DNA from: an uncultured bacterium | Lineage (GTDB): Bacteria > Chloroflexota > UBA5177 > JANWHV01 | Reading direction: 5' to 3' | DNA: 64,000 bases | NCBI GenBank assembly: GCA_963827235.1 | Contig: CAWHAE010000009.1 | Span: forward strand, 96,001-160,000 | Part shown: piece after piece, positions 40,840 through 50,211 of the stretch | Layout: each line of letters begins with the position of its first letter | Position numbering within the stretch: the first letter of the stretch is position 1 | The notes under the pieces: generated by a model | What the model was told of the DNA's origin: nothing | Database searches by the model: none | Seen by the model: only the letters and a program-made list of their open reading frames with translations | Position numbers and translations under genes: made by a program

Positions 40840-41499
40840 CAGGGCCGATGGGGCCAGGCCTTGCGCCACCTTTCCCGTGCGCGTGAACGTGGAGCCGTGG
40901 CACAGGCAGCGCAATCCGCCGGGCCCTTGCGCGGCCGAGGCCGGCTTGAGCCGGCATCCCATGTGCGTGCAGATGGCCGACACCGCGTGCAGCCGGCCAT
41001 CGTCGTTGATCAGGTAACCCAGCAGGCCGCCGGCGCTGAACGGCTTCATGCCGCCCGGCGGCACCTCGTCGATCGCCGCCACGTCGTACCAGCGCTCGTT
41101 CCCGGCCGCCACCAGGGTTTGCGGGCGCTGCGCCTCCTGGAAGGCGATGGCACCCTCGGTCCCGGCGACGCCCAGTCCGACGCCCCCCGCCAGCGCGGCG
41201 ACACCGCGCAGGAAGCCGCCGCGGCTCACTCCCAGCCTGGGCCGCGCCCGCGTCTCCCGGGCAACCGCGCGGGCAGTCTCCTGCTCGAGGCGCTCGAGGA
41301 ACGAAGGGCTAGGCATCTCCACGCCTTCGCGGGCGAGCCGTAGCTGGGCAGCCACGATGCGCTCCCGCATCTCATCGTCGGGCACGGGTTGCCCGACCGG
41401 TCGTTTGTCTGCGACGAGCCGATCCAGATACGCGTCGAGATTCGCAATCTGCTCCAGGGACTCAGGCTCGCCGGTCCTCGGATCCCGCTCGTCATTCAT
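40774..41499 (-). CDS. membrane-anchored Rieske [2Fe-2S] protein with N-terminal helical extension
   Basis: CTHMGC and CLCHGS boxes; SRGGFL followed by a TM helix. Confidence 0.88.
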   Translation of the reverse strand: MNDERDPRTGEPESLEQIANLDAYLDRLVADKRPVGQPVPDDEMRERIVAAQLRLAREGVEMPSPSFLERLEQETARAVARETRARPRLGVSRGGFLRGVAALAGGVGLGVAGTEGAIAFQEAQRPQTLVAAGNERWYDVAAIDEVPPGGMKPFSAGGLLGYLINDDGRLHAVSAICTHMGCRLKPASAAQGPGGLRCLCHGSTFTRTGKVAQGLAPSALPGITVREENGRVLALGTRESV

Positions 41500-42082
41500 C
41501 GCCGATACCCCCTTTCTCGGACCGCCTCTCCCGCTCGGGCCACGGCGCCTGCCCGGGTGGGCCGGCGTCGAGGGTCGCCGCGCGGCGCAGGGCGCGGAGC
41601 TGCAGCACGCGCACATTGCCGACACTGATCCCGAGTACCCTGCCGATCTCCGCCGTGGAGTATCCACGCAGGAAACGCAGGCGCAACACCTCGCGCTCCC
41701 GTTCGGGAAGCGCTTCCAGAATGGCGGTTGCACGATCCCTGGTTCTGCGAACCTCCTCCGGACCATCGGTTCCGCGGAACAGCAGATCCATGTAGCCGTC
41801 GATCGGCACGCTCGGTAGGCGTCCCTGTTCACGCCAGTAATCGACGATCGCCGTGCGTGCGGTGGTATACAGCCACGAGCGGATGCTGTCGGCGCTGCGG
41901 TCGCTCGCCAGCCAGCGCGTCGCCTTGAGGAATACCTGGCTGGTCAGGTCTTCCGCTGCCTCGCGGTTGCCCACCTTGCCGTAGATGAACGTGTAGATCT
42001 TGGCGGCATTTTCCTGAAACGCACTGCCCAGGGCAGTGCGAGTGCCGTCGGCCCGCGCGTCGGACCGGCCTTCGGGCTGCAT
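41492..42082 (-). CDS. ECF RNA polymerase sigma factor
   Basis: AEDLTSQVFLKA, SWLYTTAR, LPEREREVLRLRF..EIGRVLG. Confidence 0.92.
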   Translation of the reverse strand: MQPEGRSDARADGTRTALGSAFQENAAKIYTFIYGKVGNREAAEDLTSQVFLKATRWLASDRSADSIRSWLYTTARTAIVDYWREQGRLPSVPIDGYMDLLFRGTDGPEEVRRTRDRATAILEALPEREREVLRLRFLRGYSTAEIGRVLGISVGNVRVLQLRALRRAATLDAGPPGQAPWPERERRSEKGGIGDE

Positions 42083-42250
42083 CCGCTCCTGTCCTCCGTC
42101 CGCTACCGTGTTCGCCGTGCAACACCCTCATTAACACATACAGGTGAGCGTTACAGCGGCAGCGGCGAGACTGCACGGAATCTTCGGCCCGGGTTAACCG
42201 GCAGATGATCAACGCCTGTGACTGCGGCAGCAGGCCGGCCTGCCGGGCGA

Positions 42251-43132
42251 TCAGCTCGGCGCGCTGGGGGATGCGCCGGCAGGAGGCGCACTCACGGAAA
42301 TCGACTCGTAGTCGAGCGAGATCTCCTCCCAGTGCAGCATCCCGCTGAATACGCCCGTCGATTCCCACGTGCTGTATTGCGTGTAGCGCGTCACGCGTGC
42401 ATTGGTCAGCGTGGAGATCGACACCACGGCTGCGGCCCCGACGCCGGTTCCTGCCTTGATCGCCGGTGCCGACCAGGTGATGACGACCTTCGGAAGTGCG
42501 CTGTTGCTCGCGTACGCATTGAACACCTCCACCGAATCAGAGCAGATAAGGCGCGACAGCGTTACGGGAGCATAGTGCCGCTTCCCCCGGGCCGGGGTTA
42601 CGCCGGGGCCCGAAGCGACCTCGAATGCCCTGGTGCTGAAGGCAGTGGTGGCTTTGCACAGGCCTGAGACGAGTATTGTGCGGCCGCGCAGTGTGTTCGG
42701 CTGCGGTGTGACGGCGAGCGGTATGGCGACAATACTGAGCTGGTCGTAAGCGATCGAGATCTCCTCCTTGTGCTGATACTGGCTGACCTCCCCCACGGGG
42801 AGGTAGGTGGAATACTGAGCGTAGCGCGTCGGATACGCGTTGGTCAGCCTGGCGCTGAGAACGGTCATGGTCCCGTCCAGGAAATCGATGACGACTGCTT
42901 TTGCCGGTGTGCTGCCGGTGCAGGCGCTGAACAGAATCGGCGAATCCTTGTCGACCTCGCGCGATAGAGTCAGGAGAGAGTGTTGCTGGCCGGCCGAGCC
43001 GGATGCTCCCACCGGAGTCGAGGTAAGCTCGAAGGTCATGGTCGTGAACAGGTCGATCGGGGCTGAACAGAGTCCGGCCACCGAGAAGTCGGTAATTCGG
43101 TACGCTATGACGCCGGATGATTGACTGGACAC
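42251..43132 (-). CDS. tandem two-domain Hcp-like (T6SS/phage tube fold) protein
   Basis: LTLSREVDKDSPILFSAC..LTNA..EEISIAYD and VTLSR..LTNARVT..EEISLDYE; RBS gagggag. Confidence 0.65.
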   Translation of the reverse strand: MSSQSSGVIAYRITDFSVAGLCSAPIDLFTTMTFELTSTPVGASGSAGQQHSLLTLSREVDKDSPILFSACTGSTPAKAVVIDFLDGTMTVLSARLTNAYPTRYAQYSTYLPVGEVSQYQHKEEISIAYDQLSIVAIPLAVTPQPNTLRGRTILVSGLCKATTAFSTRAFEVASGPGVTPARGKRHYAPVTLSRLICSDSVEVFNAYASNSALPKVVITWSAPAIKAGTGVGAAAVVSISTLTNARVTRYTQYSTWESTGVFSGMLHWEEISLDYESISVSAPPAGASPSAPS

Positions 43133-43259
43133 TTCCGTCTCTCCCTCAACTCACGCCTGTAGCCTTGCCATCCCTGAGCGGCCGCGCAGACGTCTCCACG
43201 TTAAGCCGGCCTGATCACGGGCGTGGCCTGCGGACCGTGTACGTGCTGTCTCGGCAGTG

Positions 43260-44156
43260 TCATGCCTGCGGCCGCTGCTCGCTTGCATCTCCAGTGCACC
43301 TGGCCACGATGTACAGGTAGCGGCTCGCCACAGAGTAGGGCTCGGTGCCGTAATCACCGTGGTAGCTGGCCACCACGAAGCCCGCTTCGCCGAGCATGCC
43401 GGCAATCTCCCAGGGAAATATAGGCCGCCACCACAGGGAGAAGGGCCGCTCGCTCACCGAGCCGTCCGCGGCACGCTCACTGTACCAGCCGAACACACGC
43501 TGGCGCCCCGTGGCGTCCATGCGCGAGGCTTGCGAGTATTGCGTGTACTCGTTGCCGGTTCGGATGTTGACTCGCGACTCCAGGGCCTCGGCGCTCTCGG
43601 TGCCGCCGAGCGGCAGCACGAAGGGGTTGATGAGGTCGAGGGCGAGCAGACCGCCGGGCGCCAGGTGCCGGACCACGGCTTGGATCGCCCGGCGCTGTCC
43701 TTCCAGGCTATCGAGAAGCATCAGGCTGCTGAAGGGGATGACGGCCAGAGGGAAATCACGCTTCTCAAGGGCCAGGTCACGGATGTCCGCCTGGACCAGC
43801 CGGATCCGTGCGCGCGTGGCCGCGTCCTCTCCCTCCAGATGGCGGCGGAAGCCGTCGAGCATGCCGATCGATATGTCGACGCCGGTGAGACACACCCCGG
43901 CGCGGGCCAGCGGGATGGCAATGCGGCCGGTGCCGCAGCACAACTCGAGTACCTCACCGCCGGCGCCGGTGGCCAGGTCCTGGTAGAATCGCAAGCAACT
44001 CAGGCGGTCGGACGTTCCCCCGTCATCGCAATCGGGCGTCCGAGCGTCGTCGATCCAGGGAAAGTCGCTGTCGTAGTAGTCGACCAGGGCATCCTGCTCG
44101 ACCGTCTCGACCGGCGCCGTGTCCGTTGGCGTCTCGGCGTGAGCCGTGCCGGTCAT
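43260..44156 (-). CDS. class I SAM-dependent methyltransferase
   Basis: VLELCCGTGR, GVDIS, HLAPGG. Confidence 0.9.
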   Translation of the reverse strand: MTGTAHAETPTDTAPVETVEQDALVDYYDSDFPWIDDARTPDCDDGGTSDRLSCLRFYQDLATGAGGEVLELCCGTGRIAIPLARAGVCLTGVDISIGMLDGFRRHLEGEDAATRARIRLVQADIRDLALEKRDFPLAVIPFSSLMLLDSLEGQRRAIQAVVRHLAPGGLLALDLINPFVLPLGGTESAEALESRVNIRTGNEYTQYSQASRMDATGRQRVFGWYSERAADGSVSERPFSLWWRPIFPWEIAGMLGEAGFVVASYHGDYGTEPYSVASRYLYIVARCTGDASEQRPQA

Positions 44157-44157
44157 G

Positions 44158-44709
44158 CTATTCGCCGAAGGCGAGAGCGTTCACCGTGGCTTCACCCGCC
44201 AGGTGGCTGAGGTTGCCGAGCGTCAGGGTGGCGCGGAAGCCGCCGTCGACGCGCTGCACCGACACCGCACAGGTGGGCACGGCCCCGGCCGCCGTGCCGT
44301 GGAAGTCGTCCACGACCGAGGCGACCACCACGGGCGACCGCGCGCCGCTGAAGTACACCGCCAGGTCCCACTCCAGGCGCGCCCAGTGATTGCCGCCGCT
44401 GTGCTGCACGGGCACCACGGCCTGCAGGGCCGCGATTACCGGCTTCCGCAGCTCCAGCGATCGTACCGTACCCGCCGTGGCCGGTGCATCCGCCGCGGCC
44501 CCGGCACTGCCGGCATGCTCCAGGAACCCGGCACCGGCCAGTGCGCCAATCACGCCCGCGCTGCCCGCCAGCAGGCCCCGGCGCGAGGTGATTGCCGTGG
44601 CGGCCGCCGCCGGGGCGCCGCGCGCAGAACGGCGCAGACGCTCGTTATCCTGCTCCAGCGCCTCCACGCGCTGCTGCAGCGCGGCCACGATGCTCTCCAG
44701 GTGTTCCAT
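44158..44709 (-). CDS. hypothetical protein: coiled coil + twin-arginine-like/TM segment + beta domain
   Basis: LQQRVEALEQDNERLRR; SRRGLLAG; start approximate. Confidence 0.6.
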   Translation of the reverse strand: MEHLESIVAALQQRVEALEQDNERLRRSARGAPAAAATAITSRRGLLAGSAGVIGALAGAGFLEHAGSAGAAADAPATAGTVRSLELRKPVIAALQAVVPVQHSGGNHWARLEWDLAVYFSGARSPVVVASVVDDFHGTAAGAVPTCAVSVQRVDGGFRATLTLGNLSHLAGEATVNALAFGE

Positions 44710-44798
44710 CTCGCTCGTGCTCCCCACCGCTATACTGGGCCCCGTGGGCCCGCCGGTCGAATCTCGGATGCCTCGCACCGCGTATCCGTCAAAGCAGC

Positions 44799-45209
44799 CT
44801 AGCTCCCGGCCGTCGCCGAGATGCTGTCGTACATGAGTGAGACCTCCTCCGTCAGTGCCCCGTCGGAGACGTACTGGGAGTAGCGCACCACGCGCGCGTT
44901 GCCCAGCTTCAGGCTCAGCGCTGACTTTTGCGAAGCATCCAGCAGCCCGAGCGTGATGTCGCCCAGGCTCGCGCTCCCACCCAAGGCGTTGATAACGCTG
45001 TGCGTATCGGAGCCTACCTTGCGGGTGAGGGTAATCGGAGTGTTGTGCCAACCGCTTCCGGCACCCGAGCCGGCCGCCAGCTCAAAGGAGATCGTCTGGA
45101 ACCACCCATGGCCTGTCGTGTCGCCGTCCACGCTGAAACCGTGCGAAGAGTCGGTGAGCTGGGTGTACTTCAGGAACTTGAGCGTCTTGTCTTGACCAAT
45201 GCTCGCCAT
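44799..45209 (-). CDS. Hcp-like tube-fold protein
   Basis: PITLTRKVGSDT..LKLGNARVVRYSQ..EEVSLMYDSI; RBS aaggtga. Confidence 0.68.
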   Translation of the reverse strand: MASIGQDKTLKFLKYTQLTDSSHGFSVDGDTTGHGWFQTISFELAAGSGAGSGWHNTPITLTRKVGSDTHSVINALGGSASLGDITLGLLDASQKSALSLKLGNARVVRYSQYVSDGALTEEVSLMYDSISATAGS

Positions 45210-45256
45210 GCGGACTTCACCTTTCCATCTCAACTGCCGTTTCACACGAAGTCACT

Positions 45257-46813
45257 TCATGGGCCGGTGGTGATGGTCACCTCGAAGCGGCGCACGTCCA
45301 TGCCCCTTGCCGTGGTCGCTCTGATCACGGCCGTGACATGCTCGCTACCATGCGGATCGAAGCTCACCGGGATGCTCGCGCTCGCGCTGCCGTCACTGCC
45401 GACTGCGACGGCCGTCGTCGCTTCATACAGCACCTGCGCCGCGGACGTCACGAGCTGCAGGTCCAGGGCGACCTTCGATCCTGGCACGGCATACACGACG
45501 ACCGGGATGCTCTCGCCCGTCGAGATTGTCTGCGGCGCCGGGTAGACGGACAGCACAACATCTTCCGGATGGGCGGCCGGAGTCTGCGTGGGCTGCGGCG
45601 TGGGCGCCGCGCGTGGCGCGAGGGCGGCGGCGGGTGCGCCGACCTCTTGCACCGCGCCGGTCTGATTGTCGGTGAGATACAGGTTACCCGCGCCGTCTAT
45701 GGCGATGCCCCACAGGTCGCCGAACCCCACGCCGGTGGCAGAGCCGTGCGGATCGCAACCGATCGTATCTTCCTTACCGATAACGCCGGCCACGGTGACG
45801 ATTCTGCCCGTCGTGTCCACCATGCGCACCACGTTATCGCCGGTGAAGTACAGATTGCCCTTCCTGTCCATGGCGACACCGTTGGGCTCGTAGACCAGGG
45901 CCGCGGTCGCCGGGCCGCAGTCGCCGCCGTAGCCGCCGTCCCCGCTGCCGGCAACCGTGGTGATGACGTGCGTCGCGGCGTCCAGCTTGCGCACCCGCAG
46001 GTTGTTGTAGTCGGCGATGTACAGGTTGCCGGCGGCGTCGAACGCCAGGCCGCTGGGCCCGTACAGCTTGGCCTTGGTGGCCGGTACGCCCGCATTATCC
46101 GTGCCGTCACAGCAATAGCCGCTGGTGTCGTCCGTGTTGTTCCCCGCCACGGTATTGATCGTGCGCGGCGTCGCGGCACCGATCGAGCGCACCTCGTTGC
46201 CGTCGGTGATGTAGATAGTGTCGCCGGCGTCGACGGCGATGGCTTTGGGGTTCATGGTGGCGCCGAGCGCGGGTCCGCTTGGCTCGGCGGTAGCAGTATT
46301 CCCGCCCCCGGCATCGCCGGCCACGGTGGTGATGCTGCGCAGGTCGGCAGACACCTCGAGCACGCGGTGGTCGTCGGTGTCGGCGATGAAGAGGTTGCCA
46401 TGTGCGTCCACCGCTACGCCCGCCGGGTTTTCCAGCGCGGCATCGGTGGGCGAGCCGCCATTGGCGGTATCGTCACTGCCGCCCCCGGCCACTGTGGTGA
46501 GAGTCCGTGAGCCCGCAGTGATCTCGCGAATCAGGCTGTTGCCGGTGTCGGCGACGAACACGTCGCCAGCGGCATTCACGGCGATCCCCTCCGGCTCCTT
46601 GAGCGGGGGACTACCGCTGCCGGAGATTTTCGCGATGCAGTCGGGCGATACTGTCAGGCCCGGTTGGCAGACCAGCCGCACCGCAGCCGGCCGCGCGCCG
46701 GCAGCCGCGACGCTTCCAGGGAGGGTAGGCCTCCAGCCCGCCGGTTGGCTCAGCCCTATGGGCAGCGCCACCAACGTAACGCATACGAGCCGCAGTTGCC
46801 ATGCTCGCCACAT
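45257..46813 (-). CDS. secreted NHL-repeat beta-propeller protein
   Basis: signal peptide; repeated P.G.A.D..GNLYIAD..N.RV units. Confidence 0.88.
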   Translation of the reverse strand: MWRAWQLRLVCVTLVALPIGLSQPAGWRPTLPGSVAAAGARPAAVRLVCQPGLTVSPDCIAKISGSGSPPLKEPEGIAVNAAGDVFVADTGNSLIREITAGSRTLTTVAGGGSDDTANGGSPTDAALENPAGVAVDAHGNLFIADTDDHRVLEVSADLRSITTVAGDAGGGNTATAEPSGPALGATMNPKAIAVDAGDTIYITDGNEVRSIGAATPRTINTVAGNNTDDTSGYCCDGTDNAGVPATKAKLYGPSGLAFDAAGNLYIADYNNLRVRKLDAATHVITTVAGSGDGGYGGDCGPATAALVYEPNGVAMDRKGNLYFTGDNVVRMVDTTGRIVTVAGVIGKEDTIGCDPHGSATGVGFGDLWGIAIDGAGNLYLTDNQTGAVQEVGAPAAALAPRAAPTPQPTQTPAAHPEDVVLSVYPAPQTISTGESIPVVVYAVPGSKVALDLQLVTSAAQVLYEATTAVAVGSDGSASASIPVSFDPHGSEHVTAVIRATTARGMDVRRFEVTITTGP

Positions 46814-47213
46814 GACGTGACCTCCCTCGCTCAGGCTGCCTGCCGCGACCTCCTCGGATACTCATCCGTTCCGCAAGACCTGGCGCTCGCGGCCCAATCA
46901 TACTGCAGTGAAACCCGCTTCGCAAGGGAATGGCTGGATCGGTGGAGTAGTGCACTTTGCCGGAACATTCGTGCTGGCACGACTCCGCTCCGACCGCATT
47001 GTAGAAGGCTCACGCCGCCTACGGGCGCAGCCTCGTGCCCACCGGCCGCACTTAGCGACATCTCACCATCTTCTTGCCCTCGTCTCAGACAGCTCTCAGG
47101 GAACCCTTACCTGGGCTGCTTAGCATCAAAGCATGAACACGATACCTGGCTGCGCACGCGCACTGATTGAGGTGCCGTCACAGGCGCAGCGACACGGAAG
47201 GGACTTCACGTTG

Positions 47214-48680
47214 ATGCAAAACCAACTCACCGCCGGTGTTGCCCGGCCCGCGCCGCACAGGCCGCAGCCCGCGAGCGCCGCGCGGACCGTCCAGCGTCGG
47301 GAGCAGATGGCCGTGCGCGTCGCCGTGCCCGCGGCGCAGGCCGGCCGGCGCGAAGGCAGCGATCTCAAGCACGCCGCGAGCTCGAGCGTCCGCATACTGT
47401 TCTACGGCATCGCCGCGGTCGTCGCCGGGATCTGGCTCAAGGACGGCGGCGTGACCGGCGTGCACGACACCGGCACGCTGCTGATCAGCATTGGCCGCTT
47501 CACCGGGCTCTTCGGCGCCTACCTGCTCCTGATCCAGCTGCTCCTCCTGGCGCGGTTGCCGTTCCTGGAGTGGGCGCTCGGCTTCGACACGCTGATGAAG
47601 CGTCATCGCCTGAACGGCAAAGTGAGCCTGCTGCTGGTCCTCGCCCACGTGGCCACGATCACAGCAGGGTATGCACTGCAGAGTAAGATCTCTCTGCTCG
47701 CGCAGGCTGAACAGTTCTTGACCTCCTGGCCGGACATGCTCCCGGCACTGGTCGGCACGGTACTCCTGGTTCTGGTCGCCGGCTCCTCGATCGTGATCGT
47801 GCGGCACAAGCTCCGCTACGAGACCTGGTACGGCGTCCATTTGATGGCCTACCTCGGCATCTTCCTGGCCTGGCTGCACCAGGTCCCGACCGGCACTGAC
47901 TTCGTGAGCAATCCGGTTGCCACCGCCTTCTGGACCGCGCTCTACGTGGGCACCCTCCAGCTCGTCGTGCTCTTCCGGGTGCTCCAGCCGGCGCTCGGCT
48001 TCCTCTGGCACCGCCTGCGCGTGACCGAGGTGACGCAGGAAGCGCCCGGCGTGGTGTCGCTGCGCATCGGCGGGCACCATCTCGACTGGCTGAACGCCCG
48101 GCCGGGCCAGTGGCTCAGCTGGAGGTTCCTGGACCGGGAGCGCTGGCGCGAGGCACACCCCTTCTCTCTGTCCGCCGCCCCGGACGGCAGGTCGTTCCGC
48201 ATCACGATCAAGGATCTGGGCGACTTCAGCCACTCCATCTCCGGCGTGAAGCCCGGCACCTTCGTCCTGGCCGAGGGACCCTTCGGGTCCTTCACCGGCG
48301 AGGCCAGAACGCGGGATCGCGTGGCCCTGATCGCTGGCGGCGTGGGTATCACTCCGATTCGTGCCCTCCTCGAGGAGATACACGGTGACGTGGTGCTCGT
48401 GTACCGTGCGAGGAGGTTCGAGGATCTCGTCTTCCGCGATGAGCTGGAAGCTCTGGCCCGCGACCGCGGTGTGGGCATCCGCTACGTGCTCGGCGATCGC
48501 CGCGCCCCGGGCAATGCTCACCTGCTGTCCCAGGAGCACCTGCGCAGCCTGATACCCGACATCGCCGGCCGAGAGGTCTACCTGTGCGGTCCGACCGGCA
48601 TGATCCGCGCGCTCAAGCACGCCTTGAACAAGCTCGGCGTGCCCAAGGCCCACTTGCACATTGACGAGTTCGCTTTCTAG
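47214..48680 (+). CDS. ferric reductase-like membrane oxidoreductase with FAD/NAD-binding domains
   Basis: TM His residues; HPFSLS, EGPFG, IAGGVGITP, YLCGP; start approximate. Confidence 0.9.
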   Translation: MQNQLTAGVARPAPHRPQPASAARTVQRREQMAVRVAVPAAQAGRREGSDLKHAASSSVRILFYGIAAVVAGIWLKDGGVTGVHDTGTLLISIGRFTGLFGAYLLLIQLLLLARLPFLEWALGFDTLMKRHRLNGKVSLLLVLAHVATITAGYALQSKISLLAQAEQFLTSWPDMLPALVGTVLLVLVAGSSIVIVRHKLRYETWYGVHLMAYLGIFLAWLHQVPTGTDFVSNPVATAFWTALYVGTLQLVVLFRVLQPALGFLWHRLRVTEVTQEAPGVVSLRIGGHHLDWLNARPGQWLSWRFLDRERWREAHPFSLSAAPDGRSFRITIKDLGDFSHSISGVKPGTFVLAEGPFGSFTGEARTRDRVALIAGGVGITPIRALLEEIHGDVVLVYRARRFEDLVFRDELEALARDRGVGIRYVLGDRRAPGNAHLLSQEHLRSLIPDIAGREVYLCGPTGMIRALKHALNKLGVPKAHLHIDEFAF

Positions 48681-48707
48681 TCGCACGCAGCACGAGGATA
48701 TGGGACC

Positions 48708-49352
48708 ATGAAGAAACGAAGCAGAGCGGCCCGGCTCGTGCCGGCCCTGATGGTAGCGGCGGCCACGGCCATACCGGCTGCCACGGCAGTAGATCTGCTG
48801 ACGCACGCCTCGCCAGCCACAAACCTGGTAGCGCTCAGCCCCTCGACACCCGGCGGTCTCTCGCCGGCAGGATCCACCGGCTCAAGCGCGACGGCCACCT
48901 CCACCGGCGCGACGACGGCGGGCTCCTCCGGTGCCGGCGGGCCTTCCACCACGCCTGCGACTGCCTCCGCCACCGGCACCACCTCGACTGCAGCTTCCAG
49001 CGGTGCCGGCGTGACCGCGGCTTCGTCCAGTTCCGCAGGGACGGCAACGCCAGCCGCCACCGCCGCGACCGGCAGCGTCTCAAAGACGTATGTCGGCACC
49101 GCCGAACAGAACCGATACGGGACGGTCCAGGTAACGCTTGTGGTAACGGGGAACAAGATCACCGACGTGATCGTCACGGCGCCACAGGACAATCCGCGGT
49201 CGGCGTCCATCAACTCCTACGCCGTGCCCGTTCTACGCAGCGAAACGCTGCAGGCACAGAGCGCGAATATCGACGCGGTCTCCGGCGCCACGTACACGAG
49301 CGAATCCTACATCGGGTCGCTACAGGCAGCGCTGGCCGAAGCGAACCTGTAG
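48708..49352 (+). CDS. secreted FMN-binding protein
   Basis: signal peptide, S/T/A linker, IDAVSGATYTS flavinylation motif. Confidence 0.9.
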   Translation: MKKRSRAARLVPALMVAAATAIPAATAVDLLTHASPATNLVALSPSTPGGLSPAGSTGSSATATSTGATTAGSSGAGGPSTTPATASATGTTSTAASSGAGVTAASSSSAGTATPAATAATGSVSKTYVGTAEQNRYGTVQVTLVVTGNKITDVIVTAPQDNPRSASINSYAVPVLRSETLQAQSANIDAVSGATYTSESYIGSLQAALAEANL

Positions 49353-49380
49353 GTGAAGATGCACCGCAGTAGCCCGAACA

Positions 49381-49545
49381 CTAGCCGACGGGCAGCCCGT
49401 CGCGCTCCGCCGACCGGCGGAGAGGCAGTCGAAGACAGAAGATGCTGCCGCTCACACCGGTCGAATCCAGGTCCAGGGTGCCGCCCATGGCCTCCGCGTA
49501 CGCGCCACCCAGGTGCAGGCCCAGCCCGGTGCCCACGCGGCCGGA
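49381..49545 (-). pseudogene. histidine kinase HATPase_c C-terminal remnant
   Basis: [23 protein letters not shown] only. Confidence 0.7.
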
Positions 49546-50211
49546 CCGCATGCGGCTACCGGGGACGCGGCCAAAGCAAACCAAGCCAAGTCCGGCTGCT
49601 CGCTCGTGACGTGTTCATCCCAACGTCACCTCGTTCCCGCGGCCGGCGGCTGCACTACCGTGTGTCCCCGTGCTGAGCCGTATGCGTCGCTCTTCCCGCG
49701 TGAGCCGGCCGTCAGGCGCGCGTCTCGCTGCAATATCGGAGCTCTGGCGCGTACAACCGCGCACAACGGGTATCTCGGCGTGCGCCGTCGGTCTCGAGTC
49801 CGGAAGTGTGGCGGCCCGGGCGCGGGCCACCACGATAGCTCGCCGGGCAGGGCGCACTCCGGCGACTGGTCGACGGCCAGTCGCCTGTTTGTGCGGCGCG
49901 CCCAGTGCAGTCGCGCGCACGGTCTGCGCCGCTGTCGAACCATTCATGTGCTCGCCGCCCGGTGCCGCGGTACAAGGCGTTGCCGCACAGCTCACCATAT
50001 GCGGTGTTCGCCTGTCCTCGGGCAGTCGGCCCGGCCTAACCCGCATCTTCCGGGCTCTACAATGCCTGAAGATCCACGGAGGTAGATATCCCCCGATATG
50101 GCCACTTAGGAGCCCCCAAGCGCCGCTGCCCTGTCTTGCTCCGGCCAGCGGCCTCGCTTGGGGATGTTCGGGCCATATCGCGCCGGAGCGCGCTGCGCTA
50201 GGCTCAGGGCG

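Noticed and set aside
42251-46813. Complete T6SS or prophage tail locus
   Set aside because: No sheath, VgrG, baseplate, membrane complex or phage genes visible
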